A stretch of 64,000 nt of DNA from assembly GCA_963693365.1 (NCBI GenBank), contig CAVNZM010000001.1:18918125-18982124 (forward strand), in the 5' to 3' direction. This DNA comes from Amoebidium appalachense (taxonomy: Eukaryota > Protista > Ichthyosporea). Below the pieces are notes generated by a model, which was given only the letters and a program-made list of their open reading frames with translations, made no database searches and was not told where the DNA came from. How positions within the stretch are numbered: position 1 is the stretch's first letter; the number at the start of each line of letters is the position of its first letter. Below are positions 35,981 through 64,000 of the stretch, one piece after another. The translations under genes and the position numbers were made by a program.

Positions 35981-37718
35981 TATGTGTGTGTGCATGTGCG
36001 TGTGCGTGTGTGTGTATGTGTATGTGTGTGTCCGCGCGTGTGTGCGTGTGCGCACACAGTGTATAATTGAACAGTGGTAGGTATAGAACATTTGACGTGT
36101 GCGACGTTGTGCATGAGTGTGTGTGTCAGTGTGCCTGTGTGTGTGCGTGCGCGCGTTTGTGTGTGTGTTGTGCGTGTGCGGGTGCATGCGTGTGCGTGTC
36201 TGTGTGCGTGTGCATGTGTGTGTGCACGTGCATGTGCGTGTATGTGCGTGTGTGCATGTGCGTGTGGGTGTGTGGGTGTGTACATGTGTGTGTGGGTACG
36301 TGCGCGCATCATGGGTTACCCGTGTGTGTGCGTGTGTGCGTGCGTGCGCGTGTGCGTGTGTGCGTTTGTGCGTGTGTGCGTTTGTGCGTGTGTGCGTGTG
36401 TGTGGGGGTACAGCGTGCATGCGTGACCCGCGTGTGTGCGTGTGAGTGTGCATGTACGTGTGTCTGCAAGTGGGTGTGCGTGCGTGCAGGTAGAATGCTT
36501 CATGTGTTTAAACTTCAAGTGTACAAGGCATGCCAATGAGCACGCGTATTGAGTAGTATTGTTATCAGGGTCGGCATGTTTGGGCATGGTAAGTTCAGGC
36601 AACCACCGAGGAAACCAAACATCATGACTCTTGAACTCCATCGATAGGCACTCACACATACTATGAGCTTTCCAACAAAAGCCACCCACCTTATACACTT
36701 TGGAATGTGCACATAGGTGCAGTCTGCCTTCTGATGGCCGTACTGGCGACATCCTTTGCACCACGGAGTCAAGCATGTGCTGACCTCGTGGCCAAACAGG
36801 GAGCAGCGCACACAGAATTTCACCAGGCAAATATGCCCAGGATTCCACCCCTGCCCACAGTTGTAACAGAACTGCGTACAAAAAACATATGGTTAGAATA
36901 CCTTCTCTGACACCTGATGTGTAGCAATAGTAAGGTTTGAGACTGCGGTCCTCGGATATGTTCGTAAAACAATAGTCAGAAGAAATCTTCACTACTAGTA
37001 CTCAAAGGAGCAAAGGATGGATATCCATAGTATATGTGAAAAAAAAATGCCAAGTGCGTGAAAAATACATTACCTGAGAGCCGCAGCGGCAGACCATGTG
37101 GTTGCACCCGAAGAGCTTCTCAACAATAACCCTGCAAGACGGGCAGGGCCGGGCACATGTCTCATTGAAGTAGCTGCGGAAGGCCGGGTTTCGCCGCATG
37201 TCCAGATAATGTGTTTCGTGCATACGAGCACGGGTTCTTCGATGCATGTCAGCCAAACGGTCATAGGCTTTGTTTCCAGCATACTCCACAATCTCTGCTC
37301 TAACGAGATGGTAGGTACAGTTCACACCGGGGCACCTGATCCCAGTGTCGTTGGGACGATATTGCTCTTGTGCAAGTGCTTCGTTTACTGCGTGCTCAAC
37401 GTAGCGTGTTGCACAGTCCGTGCAAAAGCGGTGCCGGCAGTTCCTGTTTCTGCTTTGCATTCCCCATGATGGTGCTGTGCCGAGCGGGTTTTCAAGACAA
37501 ATGGGGCACAGTTTGTGCACGGGAAGTGTGCCCTGCAGCTTTGTGTCCGAATTCGAAGGTTGGTCGGAAACATTGTTGCCGTTTGCTGTTGGTAAAACCA
37601 CCGTGGCAGAAGACCCAGGCGGGTGGGTGGAATCAAGCCCCGAGTCCTCAAAGTTGGCGATGGCTCCCGCCATATTGGTGCTTATATTTATACCCGAGAG
37701 ACACAGTTTAGAGGACAT
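34903..37718 (-). CDS. RBR-like E3 ubiquitin ligase (RING1 + RING2/Rcat, no IBR) fused to six CCHC zinc knuckles; 3 exons, ~560-575 aa
   Basis: Exons 37074-37718, 36690-36871 and 34903-35800 join in phase. RING1: [23 protein letters not shown]2: [24 protein letters not shown]|FCYNC..GHIC. Knuckles: [31 protein letters not shown]|[57 protein letters not shown]. Confidence 0.9.
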
Positions 37719-37869
37719 GTAATTTGTGCTTCAAAGGTCTTGCGTTCTACGCTGTGCACAGTGCCGCAGGCTGTGCACTCAGTCACTGGCAAGTATGAGC
37801 CTGCCCACAGCTTTATATACCTGCGGGGGTTTACGCTGTTTACTCGAGGCATATACCTGCAGGCACTTT

Positions 37870-38070
37870 AGGTAAGCCAATCCCAAAAGCCTGACGGATT
37901 TCCAAATCTGTTGCGTCATATTTAGGTAACAATAAAATAAAGCTATTGGTTGGCTTTCTTACGCGCGAATTACGTAACGCAGATCCAATGTACCCATTGG
38001 TTGTTTTTTCGTCCAATCAAAAAGCGAGAATTCGGGGGATATTCCAGCTTGACTTCGGAACTTGAATTGG
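37870..38070. promoter_or_regulatory. Likely divergent promoter between the RING-CCHC gene (-) and the membrane-protein gene (+)
   Basis: Microsatellite-free, CpG-containing intergenic segment with five CCAAT/ATTGG boxes and the palindrome ttacgtaa, lying between head-to-head start codons. Confidence 0.45.
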
Positions 38071-38659
38071 AAGTTCTGTTTAGTCACTTTGAGTGCTGTC
38101 TCCCTGCATCCCCTCAGCGTAGTAGGGCCGGGACCGGCCACTTACGTAAGCCAGCGGGTACATAGCCTTGGAGACTAAGTTCTGTTTGACTTTGAGTGTT
38201 TTTGTTCGAAGGCAAACAAGGGAGCGAGGTGAGCAATATAATCTGCAATATAGGCGGTAGTAAAGGAAAAAGAAGAAATAGGTGGTAAAGGGGAAGGGGA
38301 TGGCGGGAGGGGGGAAAGGCGGGGGGCGGGGGTGGAGGGGGGGGGAGGGAGGGGGGGGGGGGGGGGGGGGGATGGGAGAGGGGAAGAGAGGGGAAGAGGG
38401 GGAGGAGGAGGGCCAAGCATGCTGGGACCGCAAGTTGAGGGGTAGGGAAAAGAGAAGGATCTTGAAGTGGTCAGGGAGGGAGGACATAAACGGTTCTGAA
38501 CAAATAGTTAGAGAGAGAACTGAGCTGCTGGAAGCATGGAGCAGCTGGGAAAATGTTGCAGCTAACAGACGGCAGCGAAGAATTTCCCGCTAACTATGCA
38601 CCTGCCATGAAATGACGCAGAACATTTTACGCGCTGGCGGCTGGTGATTATTCGCAGCC

Positions 38660-38943
38660 ATGAGGGTTGACGTGCTTGAACTGCTGGAGAGGGCTGCCTG
38701 TGCCGGCAGCAAGCCCTCTCCTGTGCATACACACAGAATAGGGTTCGCTGTGAGGAGGCTGGGCCTCAAGCTCACAGCCTGGATGGACAGGGCTAAGAAC
38801 AGCAACATGGGTATGCCTGCTCCCCCCCCCCCCCCCCCCCCCCCGCGCAGTCCTCGCTTGACCCTTACACTTCCTACTGTCCCTCCTCTCCCCTTCCCCC
38901 CCCTTCCCCCCCTCCCCCCCCCCCCTCCCCCCCTCCCCCCCCC

Positions 38944-38977
<34 letters not shown>

Positions 38978-40527
38978 TTGTTATGCGCGCGCAGACACAC
39001 AACCTTCCTCGGGCCCTAGATCACGCGATGTCACCATCAAACCCTCCCCCCCTTACCGCCCCTCCTGCACCCCCCCCCTCCCCCCCATACACACACACAC
39101 ACACACACACGCACACAGCTCTCATCTCTCCCCCATTCCCCCCTTCCCCCCTCCCCACCCCCCCCCCCTCCCCCCCCCAAACAGTATCTGAGTTGGGTTT
39201 CGTTAACGAGGTGAATAGGTCGAAACTCGGGTATTGTGGATGACGTGGGCCCCCCCTGAGGATGGGCTCTGCTTATTATGCATACTCTTTATGTATGGTT
39301 TGCATTCTGCATCGTGTTATCCGTTTGTTCTTGTGTACTTCATACTTTTTAAAGCATTCAACCCCCCCCCCCCCCCCTGTCAACCTCTCAACTGTATTCA
39401 GCACACTTGGAATAGTTATTTATCTAGGTTAGAGTCAGATGGAAACAAACAACAGTGACACCGTGTTGATTATCGCACTTAGGTAGCCATGGGACATCCC
39501 CCCTCCCTCCCTCACCTCCCCCCCCCCCCCCCCCCCCCTTCCCCCACACACGCACAGGCGCGCGCACATACGCTGATGTATTCACAGGCAAGGATCAAAG
39601 CGAAACCAAGAGCTTTTTACTTTCACACTGGAGAGGAGAGGAATGTAAACGTTATGTATGTGCATTGACAGTTCATTCCATCCCCCCCCCCCCCCCCCCT
39701 CTCCCTCCCCCCCTTCCCCTCTCCCCTCCCCCCTCCCCCCTCTCTGGAGAAGTGGCTCTACCTATGTTGCATACTCTTTATGTGTGGTTTGCAATGTTCT
39801 TTGTGTTGTCCGTCATGAATATGTACTTCGCACTCTTTAACATATCTCTTACTCACCCCCCTCCCCCTCCTTCCCTTTACAGGCACAGGACTGGTATTTG
39901 CGGCTGTCATTGCTGTGAGCTCTTTCATGGTACACCCTGGTATGTGTTAGTACTCTGAATTTCTCCCCCCTCCCCCCCCCCCCCCCCCCCCCCCCCCCCG
40001 CCTCCAAAGCCAGACACGCACGCGCTCACACACACATACGCACATGCGCGCGAGCGCCCACGCCCACACACACAAGCACACATCCCCCCCCCCCCCCCCC
40101 CCCCCCCCCCTCCCCCCCCCCTCCCCCCCCCCCCCTGCCCCACACCTCCCACAAACCCAAATTTATCAACATTAAATTGTACGTATGTAGTTTGTTGGAA
40201 ACCCAGGCGCTTGCTTTTGCATTTTATTGGAAGCAATTTGGATTTAACACTGGTAAACTCTGGTTCCTAGCAGCAAGTCAAAGCAAGTCCATCAGGTGTA
40301 CAACTTTACAGGGTGGTGTCTCACCCATGTCTGTCCCCTCCCTTTCTTCCACAGGTTCCATCATATCCCCACAGGCTAAGACAGTCTTGATGGCGTCTAT
40401 GTCGATGCTCATGTGGGCCCTCTTGTGTGGTAGCCCCCCCCCCCCCCCCCCCCCCCCCCCCAACCACCACCACCACCATCACCGTTACCGCCCAAACACA
40501 CAGACACACACACACACGTGGGCGCGC

Positions 40528-40573
<46 letters not shown>

Positions 40574-41261
40574 TCCACGATTCATCCCACCAACACCCTG
40601 CCCATGCACATACACACAAACAACAACAGCAACAAACAAACGTTTATTAAGGTAGTGTCTATCAGTGTATTCTTCCCCCCCCCCCCCCCCCCTTTTTTTT
40701 CGGCAATGTTGATGATGGACTGTTGGCTGTGATTTTCAATCTTGCAGCATCAAGGACTGGGTCATGCATGACTTCGTTTGACCCGCCCCTCCCTCCCTCC
40801 CCCCCCCCCCCCCCCACCCCCCCCCCCCCTCCCTCAACCCCCCCCCCCCCCCCCCGTCCCCCCTTTCCCAAACCCACCGTCGTAAAGTAATAGGAAACCT
40901 CATGGGAGAGGTTAAGGAGTGGGGAGTGTTTTTTGTGGAGACATATGAACCCCCCGATGAAGGGTGCTTCTGGAGCCTTCCTACCAGCATATTTCTTAGG
41001 TTTCTGTTTGTGTTTTACTGTTGTGGTTGTTTGGGTGTCTATATTTCTGTTCTTGTTTTGTAGTGTTTTCTGCTAAGCAATATCCCATCCTTGAATGAAC
41101 CCCTGCACTTACAAACCTGCCCCATCGCCCCTGAGATTGGGTTCTGCTTATGATGATACTGTGTGTGTTGCTGATGTTGCATACTTCTATGTTTGCATTT
41201 TATGTACACTGCACCGTGTTTCTCATCGTGTAGTTGTACTTCCGACCGTGTCCCGCATTTT

Positions 41262-41298
<37 letters not shown>

Positions 41299-41572
41299 CC
41301 ATGAGCTCTGTGACATTCTCTGCGTAGGCCACCCCTTTCACGTGTCTCGTTGCTTCTTAGATTGTCAACTTTGTAGCTAGTACCTCGTCACACACTCATC
41401 CCTCCCCCCCCCCTCCCCCCCCCCCCTCCCCCTCCTTTCCCCCCCGGGTTTTAAACACATCCACATGTGTGCCCGCCTGTGCGCACACACTCACTCACCT
41501 TGATGCAAATGCACGTGTGTGCACACTAGCGCTCGCACACACATACACGCACACACGCTCACATGACGCACA

Positions 41573-41645
<73 letters not shown>

Positions 41646-41810
41646 AGGCTCTGTTGTCTTTCTGGGAGAGAGCAAGCCAACTGCAGGACAGATCATCAGC
41701 CAACTACTCATCGTCCCCCTGTGGAGACTTGGGTGTCTGCAACCCCTTTTAGCAGCGATTGTGGTGGTTGCTATGCTAGTGGTGCCCCCATATTGCATGA
41801 CCGTGACTGT
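38660..41810 (+). CDS. Unidentified multi-pass membrane protein, multi-exon; may continue to ~43140-44030
   Basis: Phase-1 chain of GT-AG exons 38660-38810, 39588-39644, 39883-39939, 40355-40429 and ~41687-41810. Hydrophobic segments: TGLVFAAVIAVSSFM, TVLMASMSMLMWALLCG, QIISQLLIVPLW, PLLAAIVVVAMLVVPPY. Downstream exons are ambiguous and the family is not recognised. Confidence 0.45.
39179..39361 (+). repeat. Dispersed repeat copy (3' end of the same element) in intron 1 of the membrane-protein gene
   Basis: Differs by only a few substitutions from the reverse complement of 12583-12766; poly(C) on both sides. Confidence 0.92.
39745..39845 (+). repeat. Diverged copy of the dispersed repeat
   Basis: ggctctacctatgttgcatactctttatgtgtggtttgca..tgtacttcgcactcttt aligns to the family 3' end. 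Confidence 0.65.
41127..41262 (+). repeat. Diverged subfamily copy of the dispersed repeat
   Basis: ccctgagattgggttctgcttatgatg..gctgatgttgcatactt..tctcatcgtgta..gtacttccgaccgtgtcccgcatt followed by poly(C); aligns with the reverse complement of 12351-12494. Confidence 0.75.
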
Positions 41811-42453
41811 GGGTGGAATGTTTGTTGGTTAAAGACGAAACAAGGGATGGGTGGCGTACTGTATGAATGCTTAGGTGGGGAGATTCGAATGGCGGGGTTG
41901 AAAGGATGTGAAAGTTTTCAAACGAAAGTCGATGTCAGTCTTGACTTAACGAATGGGATAGGTAAGACGCGCTGGAATGTGATATGAAACGTACACATGT
42001 ATATATAGATGTGAATGCCTTTGTAGTAAGTGTATGTATGATACAAGAGTTATATGCAAGAGCTCACACGAGTTTTGTGGCTTTTTGTTTTGTGTTTTCT
42101 TTATCAGTTTTGGTTTGTATGGGTGGGTGCGCATGTACGGTGGAAAAACACCTATACGTTCATGTATGTACACCCATGTATGTACACCCACATGAAGGTG
42201 GCTTCATGCAACGTTGTTAGTTAAAGTTGTGACTGTTCATGATCATGCAGCTAGCAAGTTGAATCACTGTGATTCATGGTTGAGCTTTACTGTGCCTGTG
42301 CAAGTATGAGCCCTCCCCGGATGTATGCTTTTAGGGCGTTTGATCATGAATGCATGTGTGTTGCAAGGTTCTAATCATACGAAATTTTAAGTATTGGCAA
42401 CACGCTGGGGGACACGGAAGGGGTTGGGTGGTCGTGGTTGTCGTGGTTTCTTT

Positions 42454-42494
<41 letters not shown>

Positions 42495-42747
42495 GGAGGG
42501 GGTCAATAAGATTAGACTGGTGGCCTGGGTCACGGGCGCATCATTACCTCTCGAGCTCGAGGGGGGGGGGATTCTTCATCAAATTCGATTTTGTTTAACG
42601 AGCTTTTCAGGGTGTATGATTATCTAAGTCATTATCTGCTCCATGTCCGAGAGTAAGGGTTTTTGACGGTCTCTTCTTCACTGAGATATCTGTACGTGAG
42701 CTGGCTGTGGGGCATGCCTATACTATGGCTTGGCAGGGGAGGGGGGG

Positions 42748-42784
<37 letters not shown>

Positions 42785-42898
42785 CTCTATGAACCTAATT
42801 GGTTGGCCGGATGAGATGCCCTCATAGAAAGAGGGGGGAGGGGAATTTAGGGGGAAGACTTTCATGAAAGACATTAGAAGAATTAATTGGGCGGGCAG

Positions 42899-42937
<39 letters not shown>

Positions 42938-43022
42938 AATCCGGAGGAAAGACTTCGATGGATTTATTTGGTGGGCCGGATAGGATGCCTTTTGGTGGTG
43001 GTGGTGGTGGTGGTGGGTGAGT

Positions 43023-43067
<45 letters not shown>

Positions 43068-44314
43068 AGAGAACGTGGCAGAATTTGCAGCAGCTCACCA
43101 GAATTGATAAATGCCAAGGACACCCTAAAAATGCTGAACTGTGAATGAAACACGGGATTTCATCATTCCGAGACTGAGTAAGTGACATGCACGAAGATGT
43201 GCATGTGGATTTGCATGTGGGTTGTATGCGTGGTGCCGGTGGGTAGTGAAGACTTGTGGGGTGCGTGGGTGCGAGTGTGTTATAGTGGTGGTAGTGGTGG
43301 GGGGGGGGAAAGAGAGGGGGAGGGGAAAGGGGGGGCACAGTGCATTGCATACGAGTTGTGTAATCGTTTACAGAACATTTATTTCTTCTGAGTTAGCTAC
43401 TTACATTACGGCCAGTATAGTTATGTACATGCATTTATGGTACTGACGTAAGTCACAAGGCAATCTCCCTTGCACTTCATTCTCTTGTTGGGTCGTACAA
43501 ATACCTCCCTCCCCAACCCCCCCAACCCTCCTCTCCCCCCTCCCCCTGCAACCCCCCCCACCCACCCACACAATATTCCAAGCGGGCCCACAAGTATCCA
43601 GGTGGCAGCTATCCGTGGAACATGCACCTCTTGTCTCCCCCCCTTGTTCTGGCCACCTCTCCTTGCACCAATCAGTCCCATCAGCCGGTGATGGTTACCG
43701 TCCCCCTTTGCTAGCCAGCAGACCTACAACCCACACCTGTAGAACACCCCCGCCCTTGTTAAGCAACTACCCCCCTCCCCCCCCCCCCCCCCCGGCGGTA
43801 TCCACATTATATTTCTGCCCGGTTACCCCATGGCCTCTGATGCTTTTAGTCTCTATATATGGATCTCTTTGTGCTTGGCAGCTTCCCTGGCCTTTTTGAA
43901 GCCATGTTCACAGGCCTACTTTTGCATAACTTCATAACGACTCACATAAGCATAGGGGGTGCTAATGCCAGTGCAGTGGCTATGCACATTGCATTCCCAC
44001 GATCAAGATTCCGAGTAGCACATGCTATCATCGGTAGCCCACACTTTTGGCCGGGCCTCATAAAGGCGGGGGAAGTCGAAAAAATCAAGTCGAAAAAGTT
44101 CAAGGCACGTTTGGATTTGTGTGCATGCTCGTTAAGATCCCATGCATACAGAATGGTGCCACCCAAAAATCTTCGTCCGCATGCAGGTATAATGTGCACC
44201 GGGGTGGCTATGTATGTGCACATGCGTATGTATGGATGTGCGCTTTGCAAATGCACGTGTAGGTGTGCAGGCACGTGTGTGTAAACGTGTGTACTCACTT
44301 TCAGTCATGCATTC

Positions 44315-64000
<19,686 letters not shown>

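Noticed and set aside
34903-36312. Retroviral/LTR gag gene suggested by the CCHC knuckles
   Set aside because: The knuckles splice in frame to the upstream RING exons; there are no LTRs, protease, RT or integrase nearby

Overview
Eukaryotic nuclear DNA with many short exons and canonical GT-AG introns. Nearly every intron is filled with poly(G)/poly(C) runs and (CA)n/(TG)n microsatellites, so almost all long ORFs in the supplied track are low-complexity noise. Manual splicing gives five genes. (1) A nucleoporin Nup160/Nup120 gene on the minus strand (ATG ~22884, about 35 exons, runs off the left edge). (2) A plus-strand spliced gene (~24100-29754) with a degenerate transposase-like C-terminal fragment, an intact OTU deubiquitinase domain, a Cys-rich CXC-like cluster, a Myb/SANT-like helix and a C-terminal zinc ribbon. 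(3) A minus-strand three-exon gene (34903-37718) encoding RING1 + RING2/Rcat with no IBR, fused to six CCHC zinc knuckles. (4) A weakly supported plus-strand multi-pass membrane protein gene (from 38660). (5) A nucleoporin Nup155/Nup170 gene on the minus strand (stop ~44315, runs off the right edge). The window also holds a six-copy dispersed retroelement-like family whose copies end in poly(C), several MITE-like inverted-repeat elements, minisatellites and a diverged tandem duplication. Family assignments come from remembered motif similarity, not database searches. Homopolymer lengths may be inflated by sequencing or assembly error. The organism cannot be identified from the window.
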